From NCBI RefSeq assembly GCF_000011325.1, contig NC_003450.3, forward strand, positions 210,001 through 242,000: a stretch of 32,000 nucleotides of DNA, read 5' to 3'. This document shows positions 16,768 through 25,327 of this stretch, piece by piece; position 1 is the stretch's first letter; each line of letters begins with the position of its first letter. This stretch comes from Corynebacterium glutamicum ATCC 13032. GTDB taxonomy: Bacteria; Actinomycetota; Actinomycetes; Mycobacteriales; Mycobacteriaceae. A model generated the notes under the pieces. It was not told where the DNA came from. It was given only the letters and a program-made list of their open reading frames with translations, and ran no database searches. The position numbers and the translations under genes are program-made.

Positions 16768-17230
16768 GGTGGCCTTGCAGAGTTCCAGTGATGTGATCAA
16801 TGAGTGGGTCGAGGACAGCGGTGGCATCGCGCGCCGCACCCGTGGAGCCGGGCAGCGCCATGATGAAACTGCCGCCGATGGTGCCCGCGACGGTGCGCGA
16901 CAATACTGCGGTCGGGACGGCGTCCATGCTGTAATTCCAAAAAGCGTGGGCGATGCCGGGGATTTCTTTGTCGAGGCGCGGGATTAAAGTGTCCACGGTG
17001 ATGTCATCAGGCGTGAGTCCGGTGCCGCCTGAAATAAGTACTACCTGCGGAAATTCCAGCTCGTCCAGGAATGCGGGCAGGTTGGCGTCCGCCACGATCA
17101 CGGGGGCGGGTGTGTCAAAACCTTTTGCACGCAGCCACGACACCAAAATTGGGCCAGAGCGATCCTCATACACCCCGGCAGCGGCGCGAGTGGACGCAAC
17201 GATAACCAGAGCTGTCACTGAACAGACCAA
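16757..17230 (-). CDS. moaB: Molybdenum cofactor biosynthesis protein MoaB/MogA family
   Basis: [21 protein letters not shown]...[18 protein letters not shown]...[17 protein letters not shown] is the MoCF_biosynth domain. Confidence 0.8.
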   Translation of the reverse strand: MVCSVTALVIVASTRAAAGVYEDRSGPILVSWLRAKGFDTPAPVIVADANLPAFLDELEFPQVVLISGGTGLTPDDITVDTLIPRLDKEIPGIAHAFWNYSMDAVPTAVLSRTVAGTIGGSFIMALPGSTGAARDATAVLDPLIDHITGTLQGHHEH

Positions 17231-17685
17231 TCCCCAGATTTACCGCCAGTTTTCGACAGCACACGAATGCCATCAATCACGGCCATCTTATCCACAGCCT
17301 TGATCATGTCGTATACCGTCAGCGCCGCAGTGCTCACGGCCGTCAACGCCTCCATTTCCACACCAGTAACCCCACGCGTTTTCACCGAAGCCTCAATCCG
17401 AACACCATCAGTAAGCTCAAAAAAATCCACAGTAATTTTGCCCAGCGGCAACGGGTGGCATAAAGGGATAATGTCCGGCGTCTTCTTCGCACCCATGATA
17501 CCCGCAATCCGCGCCACAGGTAGCGCGTCGCCTTTAGGCAGACCAGCACTAAAAAGCTGCTTTACGACGTCCCCCCTCATCTTCACAAACCCTTCGGCAA
17601 CAGCAGTTCTCGATGTTTCATTTTTGCCCGTCACATCCACCATATGTGCGGAACCGTCTGCTCGAACGTGGGTGAGCTCGCTCAT
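17215..17685 (-). CDS. moaC: Cyclic pyranopterin monophosphate synthase MoaC
   Basis: [29 protein letters not shown]...[35 protein letters not shown]...[29 protein letters not shown] is a canonical MoaC. Confidence 0.9.
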   Translation of the reverse strand: MSELTHVRADGSAHMVDVTGKNETSRTAVAEGFVKMRGDVVKQLFSAGLPKGDALPVARIAGIMGAKKTPDIIPLCHPLPLGKITVDFFELTDGVRIEASVKTRGVTGVEMEALTAVSTAALTVYDMIKAVDKMAVIDGIRVLSKTGGKSGDWSVQ

Positions 17686-17699
17686 TAAATTAACTCCTG

Positions 17700-18887
17700 T
17701 TAGTTGAATGGGTAAATCTTAACGATGTCGTTTTCCTCCACCGTAGTCCGCGCCGGGATCCTGATCAGACAGTCTGCGGTGGCAGCTTGAACCAGCAGGT
17801 GGGAACTGGTGCCCAGGAGAGGCGTGGCGAGGACGTGGCCGTTGCGGTAACTGATGGTGCCGCGAAGGAATTGCTCGCGATTGTCTTGCAAGCCCTGGAC
17901 CGGAGCGGTGATGCGGGCATCGAGGTGGCGGAGCGGCTGGCGGTTGAGCGCTGGCGCGACGAAAAGTGTGAAACTCACCAAGGTGGAAATCGGATTTCCG
18001 GGAAGTGAAATGACAGGAGTTTCAGCAAAAGTGGAGATGCCTTGAGGACCGCCAGGCTGCTGATCGACATGTCCAAACCAGGAGTTCGGGGTGCCTTCGA
18101 GGATCTGCCTAAACACCTCAAATTTACCGTGGCTGATACCACCAGAGGTGATGATGACATCCGGTTGATACTGGTCAATGGCGTTTTCCAGTTCAAAGCG
18201 GAGTCGTTCAGGATCGTCGTTGGTGTGCAGTCCCGCGATGACCTCGATATTGTTGCGGGCGCACAGGGAACGAAGCAGAGGGCCGTTGGCATCAGGGATC
18301 GTGGCGGGTCCGTGCTGTTCTGAAATTTCAGACCCGCCGGTGATGATGAGGACACGTGGCTTTGCTGCGACTTCAATGCTCTTGATCGACTGACTAGCCA
18401 ACACCCCGATGTGCACCGAGTTAAGCTCCGTACCTGCTGGAATGATCTCGTCGCCGGCAGTAATATCCGAACCCTGCAACCGTATGAACTGACCTTGCGG
18501 GGTGGCGGGGATTTCTACCTGTGGGGCGTCGAAATTTCCCGGTGTGGTTTTCTCCACAGGAATGATCGCGGCGGTGTTTTTAGGAAGGCGCGCACCCGTC
18601 ATAATCGGCGCGATGTCTTTTTCGATGCCTCGTGGGTACCACTGATCAGGATCATGACCAGCGGGAATGGTTGGACCGACTGCGAAGGTGCCACCGTTAA
18701 GATGTGAGGGGCCAAGCGCGAAGCCATCCATTTGGGAATTATCAAAACGTGGCGAATCCCACTGCGCAGTGACCGCTGAAAACGTGCGGCGTCCCAACGC
18801 TTCGCGCAGATTCACGAACGTGGACTTTTGTGGGGGAAGCAGCGCTGAAATTTCTGCCAAATGTTGCTCCGGCGAACGAGACATCAA
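17700..18887 (-). CDS. moeA: Molybdopterin molybdenumtransferase MoeA
   Basis: 395 aa with [41 protein letters not shown] and [11 protein letters not shown] motifs. Confidence 0.9.
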   Translation of the reverse strand: MMSRSPEQHLAEISALLPPQKSTFVNLREALGRRTFSAVTAQWDSPRFDNSQMDGFALGPSHLNGGTFAVGPTIPAGHDPDQWYPRGIEKDIAPIMTGARLPKNTAAIIPVEKTTPGNFDAPQVEIPATPQGQFIRLQGSDITAGDEIIPAGTELNSVHIGVLASQSIKSIEVAAKPRVLIITGGSEISEQHGPATIPDANGPLLRSLCARNNIEVIAGLHTNDDPERLRFELENAIDQYQPDVIITSGGISHGKFEVFRQILEGTPNSWFGHVDQQPGGPQGISTFAETPVISLPGNPISTLVSFTLFVAPALNRQPLRHLDARITAPVQGLQDNREQFLRGTISYRNGHVLATPLLGTSSHLLVQAATADCLIRIPARTTVEENDIVKIYPFN

Positions 18888-19751
18888 TTAAACCTTTCTC
18901 ACCTTGGAAAACAATCGTAACGCTCCGATGGCTCCAATGATGAGGACATAGACAGCCAAAAGCATAATCACCGCTCCCAAGGCTTTATCCATGTCATTGG
19001 AACTCAAACCAAGCTCAATATGCAACGGAATGGTGCGGGTAACACCTGCAATATTTCCAGCAAAAGTCAGTGTCGCACCATACTCGCCCAAGGCCCTGGC
19101 GAATCCCAAAATCATACCGGTGAAAATTCCAGGCATCGCCAGCGGAATGATCATCTTGTGCATGATCTCCCAGCGGGTTGCGCCTTCAGTAGCTGCGATT
19201 TCCTCAAACTGTTTTGGAATGCCACGCAGTGCAGTAGTCACAGTGGAAATGAAAAATGGCAACGCTACAAACACCTGGGCAAACACCACAGCCGTGGTGG
19301 TAAATGCAATCGGCAATCCAACCTGATCAAGCCAAGAACCTAAAAAACCACGCCTGCCCCACAGAAAAGTCAGCGCCAAACCAGACACCACCGGCGACAA
19401 CACCAAAGGCGCATAAACCAGCACCGTCAAAACTGATGTCACCCTGGGGTGCGAACGCTCATATAAATGCAGCGCCAACGCTAGCGGGAAACCCACAATT
19501 GCGCATAGCGCGGTAGAAAACAGAGCAGTTCCGATAGATAACCGTGCGGTTCCTAAAGATTCCGGCGCGGTAAGCAACTCCCAAGACCGATCCCAGGGGA
19601 TCTGCAACAGCAAAGCAAAAATAGGTCCAATGATCAGCAGCATGGCCAGGGTGGCTGGGATGAGCAACCACCCTGGGAGGATATGATTCTCGCTTCGACG
19701 AGCCTTTTTAGTTTGTGCCAAAACCATAGCTGGCAAGGATCTCCTTGGCAC
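18888..19751 (-). CDS. modB: Molybdate ABC transporter permease ModB
   Basis: The ABC permease EAA loop (EEIAATEGATRWEIMHKMIIPLAMPG) is present and the topology is ModB-like. It abuts the moeA start with no gap. The start is either the GTG at 19751 or the ATG at 19727; both overlap the modA 3' end. Confidence 0.85.
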   Translation of the reverse strand: MPRRSLPAMVLAQTKKARRSENHILPGWLLIPATLAMLLIIGPIFALLLQIPWDRSWELLTAPESLGTARLSIGTALFSTALCAIVGFPLALALHLYERSHPRVTSVLTVLVYAPLVLSPVVSGLALTFLWGRRGFLGSWLDQVGLPIAFTTTAVVFAQVFVALPFFISTVTTALRGIPKQFEEIAATEGATRWEIMHKMIIPLAMPGIFTGMILGFARALGEYGATLTFAGNIAGVTRTIPLHIELGLSSNDMDKALGAVIMLLAVYVLIIGAIGALRLFSKVRKV

Positions 19752-20514
19752 GATCGCTGCTGAGGAACTCTGCGAAAGCCTTCGCTACCTCGTTGTCTTC
19801 ACCGGTGGTGGTCAATGCCATTGGGTATTCGTTGGCGTCGATACCTTCGAGTTCAATGACAGTGTTGTCCTGAGTTTTAGCCAAAGACTGAGCGTCGGTT
19901 TGGTAAACAAAGCCCGCATCAACTGCACCGGTGGAAATCTTCGTGGCGACATCAGCAACATTGGCTTCCTCAGAGCTGGTGTTCAACTCGATGTCTGCGT
20001 AGTCCAAAGCCTCGTGGGTGATGGTTCCACATGGAACTTCAGGGGCGCAGATAGCAACGAGGGAGTCCTTGACGTCGGCAAGCTCTGAAATTTCGCCGGG
20101 GTTGCCGTCTGCGGTGACCAGCACCAGCTTGTTGGTAGCGATGACCTTCGAGGTTGCGCCGGCAAATTCTGGAAGTGCCAGCGCATCGTCCATGTTGGCG
20201 ATGTCCGCAGAAATGAACAGATCAGATGGTGCGCCTTCGCTGATCTGGCGAACCAGCGCGGAAGAACCAGCGAAGTTAAACTCCAACTTTGCATCAGGAT
20301 TGTCTTCGTTGAACGCAGCCGCGAGATCCTCAGCAACGTTGGTCAAAGACGCCGCAGCGAAAACGCTAGCGGTTCCGGAAACCCCAGCTGCTTCGGTAGC
20401 AGAGGCATTCTGGGTGGTAGTGCTTGCGGTGTCTGAAGAAGAGCACGCTACGAGTGAGATACCCGCCGAAATAGTGATGAAACTGTAGAGAGCTCGACGG
20501 ATACTTTTGTTCAC
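19708..20514 (-). CDS. modA: Molybdate-binding lipoprotein ModA
   Basis: The signal peptide carries a lipobox (ISLVAC). VFAAASLTNVAEDLAAAFNEDNP.AKLEFNFAGSSALVRQI.EGAP.DLFISAD is the ModA signature. The GTG start at 20514 is preceded by AGGAAAGG. Confidence 0.85.
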   Translation of the reverse strand: MNKSIRRALYSFITISAGISLVACSSSDTASTTTQNASATEAAGVSGTASVFAAASLTNVAEDLAAAFNEDNPDAKLEFNFAGSSALVRQISEGAPSDLFISADIANMDDALALPEFAGATSKVIATNKLVLVTADGNPGEISELADVKDSLVAICAPEVPCGTITHEALDYADIELNTSSEEANVADVATKISTGAVDAGFVYQTDAQSLAKTQDNTVIELEGIDANEYPMALTTTGEDNEVAKAFAEFLSSDRAKEILASYGFGTN

Positions 20515-20520
20515 CTGAGT

Positions 20521-20653
20521 GCCTTTCCTACGGTAAGTTCAGTACTTAATCAGCATAACTGTGGGGTGGGAAACTTTCAGTGGGATTGGGTGGAAATTAA
20601 ACGCTCCTTGTTTAAGTACTGCGCCTTTCCTACGATTAGTTCAGTACTTAATC
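20521..20653. promoter_or_regulatory. modA/moaD divergent control region with a 31-bp direct repeat and a 10-bp perfect inverted repeat
   Basis: GCCTTTCCTACGgtAAGTTCAGTACTTAATC (20521-20551) and GCCTTTCCTACGatTAGTTCAGTACTTAATC (20623-20653) match at 29 of 31 positions. TTAAGTACTG (20612-20621) is the exact reverse complement of CAGTACTTAA (20642-20651, also at 20540-20549). The function is not established. Confidence 0.4.
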
Positions 20654-20673
20654 CAGAGGGAAGTTTCAACAAC

Positions 20674-20931
20674 ATGGACATTCATTATTTTGCGGCAGCT
20701 CGGGCAGCTCGTGGGGTGGCGCAGGAAACTGTGGCACCAAGTGAACTTACACTCAGCGATCTGCTGAAACAGCTCGGTGAGCAGCACACTGAAACCACCG
20801 CAGCGGGCATGACGTTGGCGCAGGTGTTTGATCGCTGCACCTTCCTTATCGATGGCCGTTCGGCTGATTCTTCCGCCTCGCTCAGCGGGGCATCACGAGT
20901 GGATGTGCTCCCTCCTTTTGCAGGCGGCTAG
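20674..20931 (+). CDS. moaD: MoaD/ThiS-family sulfur carrier (C-terminal Gly-Gly)
   Basis: From the ATG at 20674 the product is MDIHYFAAARAARG...RVDVLPPFAGG. It is 85 aa and ends in GG immediately before the stop, which is the ubiquitin-like MoaD pattern. The track start at 20566 would include the regulatory repeats. Confidence 0.75.
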   Translation: MDIHYFAAARAARGVAQETVAPSELTLSDLLKQLGEQHTETTAAGMTLAQVFDRCTFLIDGRSADSSASLSGASRVDVLPPFAGG

Positions 20932-21842
20932 AAACTAAACACCTTCTTCTGGGTTAGCGTGACGCTTTCGCCGACGTCGAATTTTTCCTCCGACACGGCG
21001 TGCCCCTCGGTGGTTTGTACAAGCCACTCGCGGCCCAAATACGTCACGGCTTCCACGGTCGCAGTGCCACCGCGGGCGAGCTGGGTGTCTTCGGGTCGCC
21101 ATGCCTCCACGGCGTCCCCACGCCGGCGCACATTGAGCTCGGTGGGGGAGAGGAACTCGGCTATTTCTAGGGTTTTTGGCTTTTCGACGAGCTCCTCCGC
21201 CTCACCAACCTGCGCGACTTGGCCATCTACCAGCACGACAATTTGGTCGGCGAGCGCGAATGCCTCGGATTTGCTGTGGGTGACGTATACAAACGTCAGT
21301 CCCAACGATTGTTGAATTTTGCGCAGATCGGCCACAATATCGCGGGCTAAGGCTTGGTCGAGGTGGGCCATCGGTTCGTCGAAAAGGTAAACCTCTACGT
21401 CTCTGACCAGTGCTCGAGCAATGCCGACGCGCTGTTTTTGCCCGCCGGAGAGTTCGGTAATTTTCCGGCGGGCGAGGGGAGCAATTTCGAGCATTTCCAA
21501 AACATCACTCACCCGCTTTTTCACCACCTCATCTGCAGTATTGGTGGCTTTGAGCTTGAGCGGAAATGCCACGTTTTCCCACACATTAAGGTGCGGATAC
21601 AAAGGCGAATCCTGGAAACACAGCGCAGTGTCACCCAGCTTGGCGATCTTATTCCCAATGCTCACGGTGCCTTCATCGGGTGAATCAAGGCCTGCCAGCA
21701 AACGCAGTAACGTGGTTTTACCGCTCCCGGACGGCCCGATGATGGCGGTGATGGAGCCTGAGGGGACGGTCAATGACACATCGTTCAAGGCGATGGCATC
21801 GCCGAAAAACCTTGATACGTGTTCAATGCTCAGATCCGCCAT
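20928..21842 (-). CDS. ABC importer ATP-binding protein with a C-terminal TOBE-like domain (possibly the molybdate ModC)
   Basis: Walker A GPSGSGKTTLL, signature LSGGQKQRV and Walker B YLFDEP are present, with a CysA/ModC-type C-terminal beta domain. The ModC assignment rests only on proximity to modAB. Confidence 0.8.
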   Translation of the reverse strand: MADLSIEHVSRFFGDAIALNDVSLTVPSGSITAIIGPSGSGKTTLLRLLAGLDSPDEGTVSIGNKIAKLGDTALCFQDSPLYPHLNVWENVAFPLKLKATNTADEVVKKRVSDVLEMLEIAPLARRKITELSGGQKQRVGIARALVRDVEVYLFDEPMAHLDQALARDIVADLRKIQQSLGLTFVYVTHSKSEAFALADQIVVLVDGQVAQVGEAEELVEKPKTLEIAEFLSPTELNVRRRGDAVEAWRPEDTQLARGGTATVEAVTYLGREWLVQTTEGHAVSEEKFDVGESVTLTQKKVFSF

Positions 21843-21844
21843 GG

Positions 21845-22267
21845 TTAGTCCTTTTTTGCACCGAGGAGGCCGGTAATGGGGCCAAGAACCCAGTTCACTA
21901 ACGCCAGCACAATCGCACCCCAGAAGGCCGCACCGAAGGTTTCAATGCGTAGACCGAAACCGATCAAATCTGACACATACTCCGCCAGCAGCATGATTAC
22001 CGCGTTGATGACCAGCGAGAACAGACCCAAGGTGATGATTGTCAACGGCAAACCAAGCAGCTTCAAGACGGGTTTCACCGTGGCATTCAACACGACAATG
22101 ATTGCTGCCACCGCCAGGAATGTCAGCAGATTGTCGTGCTGACCGTCCTGATAGAGAGGTGTGGTGGGAAAACTCAGGGAGATGCCGTCGATAAGCTTAA
22201 TAACCACCCACAACGCCACCGCGCCTGCTGCGGTGCGCACCGCAAAACGCCAAAGACTACCCAGCAT
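21845..22267 (-). CDS. Holin-family (DUF360 / 4-TMS superfamily IV) membrane protein
   Basis: 140 aa with four hydrophobic helices. LNATVKPVLKLLGLPLTIITLGLFSLVINAVIMLLAEYVS resembles PF04020 members. Confidence 0.6.
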   Translation of the reverse strand: MLGSLWRFAVRTAAGAVALWVVIKLIDGISLSFPTTPLYQDGQHDNLLTFLAVAAIIVVLNATVKPVLKLLGLPLTIITLGLFSLVINAVIMLLAEYVSDLIGFGLRIETFGAAFWGAIVLALVNWVLGPITGLLGAKKD

Positions 22268-23282
22268 TGATGGCCTCCCACGCGCGCAGCAGCTTGTCAG
22301 TTTCCTCGGCGTTGGTCACCGAAATGCGCGCACCCTCGGGGAACGCGCGAATCACGATGCCGTGCTCGGCCAATTTAGCCGCCAACTCAGCGGCGCCCTC
22401 GCCCGGCAGCCAGACGAAATTGGCCTGCGTCGGCGCAGCACCAAGCGCTGACACCACAGCATCACGCTTTTCGACGGTTTCCTCCACCCGTTCCATCAAC
22501 TCATCGGCAGAATTCAAACTCGCAAGCGCTGCCGCCTGAGCTGCTGAATTCACCGCGAAAGGAATAGCCACCTTATTCATCGCTGCGATGATCTCTGCGT
22601 TTCCGAAGGCGTAACCAACACGCAAGCCCGCCAGGCCATACGCCTTGGAGAACGTGCGCAAACCAATCACGTTGTCGTGGCGGTGGATTTCCTCAGTGGC
22701 AACTGGGGTGTCGTCCGCGCGGTTGAACTCAAAATAAGCCTCATCCAGCCCAACAACGACATCGTTTGGAACCTTTTCCATGAAATTATCAAACTGCGCC
22801 TGGGTGATGGTGGTGCCCGAAGGATTGTTGGGGTTGCAGATGAAAATGAGGCGGGTCTTATCAGTGATCGCGGCTGCCATCGCATCAAGATCATGATTCT
22901 GATCAGCAGTCAGCGGAATGGCAACAGGAGTGGCGCCCGCGACCTGCGCGAAAATTGGATAAGCCTCAAAGCTGCGCCATGGAAAAATGACCTCATCGCC
23001 CTGAGCGCACGTTGCCTGAACCAGCTGTTGACACAGCGCAGACGAGCCGCAACCTACCGTGACCTGGTCAAACTCAACCTCTAAATGCTCTGCAAGAGCC
23101 TCACGGAGCTCAACCGCACCCATATCCGGGTACCGATTAGCCCCCCAAGTAGCCTCCGTCACCGCATCAACTGCTGCCGGGAGAGGGGAAAAACTAACTT
23201 CATTACTAGATAACTTCGTAGCATCAACAAGACGACGGCCAGGGACATAAGTAGGGATAGTTGCCAAATCTGCTCTAATCAT
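22257..23282 (-). CDS. pat: Class I/II aminotransferase, HisC/Pat (aromatic or phenylalanine aminotransferase) type, Rv3772-like
   Basis: MIRADLATIPTYVPGRR...KLSSNE...NPNNPSGT...RTFSKAYGLAGLRVGY contains the PLP lysine in the SKAYG context. The symbol is tentative. Confidence 0.8.
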   Translation of the reverse strand: MIRADLATIPTYVPGRRLVDATKLSSNEVSFSPLPAAVDAVTEATWGANRYPDMGAVELREALAEHLEVEFDQVTVGCGSSALCQQLVQATCAQGDEVIFPWRSFEAYPIFAQVAGATPVAIPLTADQNHDLDAMAAAITDKTRLIFICNPNNPSGTTITQAQFDNFMEKVPNDVVVGLDEAYFEFNRADDTPVATEEIHRHDNVIGLRTFSKAYGLAGLRVGYAFGNAEIIAAMNKVAIPFAVNSAAQAAALASLNSADELMERVEETVEKRDAVVSALGAAPTQANFVWLPGEGAAELAAKLAEHGIVIRAFPEGARISVTNAEETDKLLRAWEAINAG

Positions 23283-23408
23283 GATTTACACAGTACTAGC
23301 CCCTATGGACACGCATCCGATTAAGTCATTTACCTGCAGGTTTGCTGAAATTTAGCAAGAGGGGGTACTGTAACATATCGGTTCTATCGGCCAGCCCGAG
23401 CGAACTAA

Positions 23409-23497
23409 GGAGACGTGCCAGAGCGGCCGAATGGGACTCACTGCTAATGAGTTGTCCTCTTAACGGGGGACCGGAGGTTCAAATCCTCTCGTCTCCG
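23409..23497 (+). tRNA. tRNA-Ser (anticodon GCU)
   Basis: Hand-folded. The acceptor stem pairs GGAGACG with CGTCTCC, the anticodon stem-loop is ACTCA-CTGCTAA-TGAGT, and there is a long variable arm and a T-arm GGTTCAAATCC. Confidence 0.9.
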
Positions 23498-23526
23498 CTC
23501 TAGCTTGATTTCGGTCAAGCGAGAAA

Positions 23527-23599
23527 GCGCCCGTAGCTCAACGGATAGAGCATCTGACTACGGATCAGAAGGTTGGGGGTTCGAATCCCTCCGGGCGCA
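23527..23599 (+). tRNA. tRNA-Arg (anticodon ACG), copy 1
   Basis: The acceptor stem pairs GCGCCCG with CGGGCGC, the anticodon stem-loop is TCTGA-CTACGGA-TCAGA, and the T-arm is GGTTCGAATCC. It is identical to 31637-31709. Confidence 0.92.
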
Positions 23600-23604
23600 C
23601 AAGT

Positions 23605-23641
23605 AAAACCCCAGGTAAACACGCTGTTTGCCTGGGGTTTT
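23605..23641 (+). terminator. Rho-independent terminator after tRNA-Arg copy 1
   Basis: AAAACCCCAGGTAAAC-acgct-GTTTGCCTGGGGTTTT forms a long stem with one G-U pair and has a T tract. Confidence 0.75.
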
Positions 23642-23912
23642 GTCATGCTTGTCAAGTATTTGGTGTTTGTAATTTAGGACAGGGACGCGGCGTGGAACTT
23701 AAATAAGACGGAACTGATTGCTGTTTGTCTGCTTCTCGAATGCCGTTGTTTTAGAGCAAAAACGATGGGGGTAACCGTGTCACCCGGTCTTGCTAAGGTA
23801 AAAATCACGGGTTATTTTAATAGGTGGAAGCGGGGCATGAAATAGGGTCCTCAGCACCAACCGCTAAAGCCCGTGCATTAAGTACGGGCTTTTGTCGTTG
23901 TGAGGGGGAATT

Positions 23913-24821
23913 TTGCTTCTGGGTTATATTGACGAAGTGGGTGAAACTGGGGCATTCGTTTCTCGACAGGATCCTCGATACAAGACATCACCGGCCTTCG
24001 GGTATGCCGGCTTCTTGATACCAGCTGAAAACGCTCGGGCGTTTGGTTCTGAATTTACAAAACAAAAGCGAATCCGTTTTTCCACGGAAATAGTTAATGC
24101 ACCTAATCCTGCAAGGTGGGAAGTGAAAGGAGCCGACCTCTTTCGTCCGGATACTCCAATTGTCCGACCTGAAAACCTTAGAATTTTTGGTTCTCTGGTA
24201 GAACGTCTTCAAAAACTGGGTGGACATCTATTTTATTACGTCGATGAAAAACCAATCGGGACTCCACGACAGACGAAACTAGATCAAGTAGGACGTGAAC
24301 GGGAAGCAATGCGTGAGACACTCAATCGTCTCGCAACTCAGGCGAATCGCGAAGATAGAAATCTAATGGTTCTGGTCGACAGCATCAACGAAAAGTCTAG
24401 GAAAGAGCGAATCGCTGAAATGTATTCTCATATCTTTTCTAGATCGGGAGAGCATCCAGAAATGCGTTCAATCGTTGAACCTCCCATGCATGTTGATAGT
24501 GCATTGTCGTCGAACATTCAGTTTGCGGACTGGATTGCTGCCTATGTTTCACGTGCTATAGATAGGCAACTAATTGAAGACTCCAGATATCAATGGATAG
24601 CGGACGATATAAGTACGTTTAAAGTTTATGGTTCATTCACTTTGGAGTCTAAACTGCATCTCTTACGGAATCGTCCTTGTGAAGATTTCAATACGAGCGA
24701 CATATTAAAGAGAAATCGACCTATGTTTAGTTTTGATGCAGCTACTGCGATTGGTTCTCGCGTGGGGGTTGCGCGGGCGATGCAAATCAAGGCGGCTTCT
24801 GACAGGGCAAACTCTCGTTAG
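23913..24821 (+). CDS. DUF3800 domain protein
   Basis: The N-terminus LLGYIDEVGETG matches the DUF3800 y-[IV]-DE-x-G motif, and the length is about 300 aa. The TTG start is preceded by GAGGGGGA. The gene is visibly more AT-rich than its neighbours. Confidence 0.65.
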   Translation: MLLGYIDEVGETGAFVSRQDPRYKTSPAFGYAGFLIPAENARAFGSEFTKQKRIRFSTEIVNAPNPARWEVKGADLFRPDTPIVRPENLRIFGSLVERLQKLGGHLFYYVDEKPIGTPRQTKLDQVGREREAMRETLNRLATQANREDRNLMVLVDSINEKSRKERIAEMYSHIFSRSGEHPEMRSIVEPPMHVDSALSSNIQFADWIAAYVSRAIDRQLIEDSRYQWIADDISTFKVYGSFTLESKLHLLRNRPCEDFNTSDILKRNRPMFSFDAATAIGSRVGVARAMQIKAASDRANSR

Positions 24822-24848
24822 CTTTTAGTGAGGATAACAAGTCCTTCA

Positions 24849-24886
24849 CTTTGGAGTTGTGGCGTCTTATCAGCACAACTCCAAAG
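24849..24886. terminator. Bidirectional hairpin between convergent genes
   Basis: CTTTGGAGTTGTG (24849-24861) and CACAACTCCAAAG (24874-24886) form a 13-bp perfect stem with a 12-nt loop. There is no strong T tract. Confidence 0.55.
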
Positions 24887-24906
24887 CGATGAGCCTGCCA
24901 CAGCAG

Positions 24907-25203
24907 TTACGCGACCTGGTAAATACGAATCTCTGGATCAGCCTGCAATAGTGGAGCTAGACCACCGACAACATCGGCCGTGAACAGTTCGCTGACAAGA
25001 TAATCTTCAGCATTAGCTACGGTGTCACAGCCGTGGAGCACCTGCACGTCTTCTTCTCGGATGAGGAGTTCTTTGCTTGTAGCGCCAGCAATTGAGCTGA
25101 GGAATGGTTGCTTGTATTCCTGGTAGACGCCAGCTGCTGATGGGCGGCCTTCGTCATTGATTTTCAAGGTGATCTCTAGAAATGCTGCCATCGTATGACT
25201 CAC
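24907..25203 (-). CDS. Hypothetical small protein (94-98 aa)
   Basis: ORF MSHTMAAFLEITLKINDEGRPSAAGVYQEYKQPFL...; the likely start is the ATG at 25191 (MAAFLEI). I recognise no family. Confidence 0.45.
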   Translation of the reverse strand: MSHTMAAFLEITLKINDEGRPSAAGVYQEYKQPFLSSIAGATSKELLIREEDVQVLHGCDTVANAEDYLVSELFTADVVGGLAPLLQADPEIRIYQVA

Positions 25204-25327
25204 TTTCGTATCAAAAATGCGCTTTTGGGTGCTGCCGGGACTGCCCCGGCACTCACTTCACGTTATGGCGCAGAGGAAAGTTTGAGTAGGTGATTTTGAT
25301 GAATGTGACCATAAGTAATAGTTATGA

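Noticed and set aside
23824-24018. 64-aa GTG-initiated ORF upstream of and overlapping the DUF3800 gene
   Set aside because: It overlaps the DUF3800 reading frame out of frame, spans the terminator-like hairpin, and has neither a ribosome-binding site nor recognisable features.
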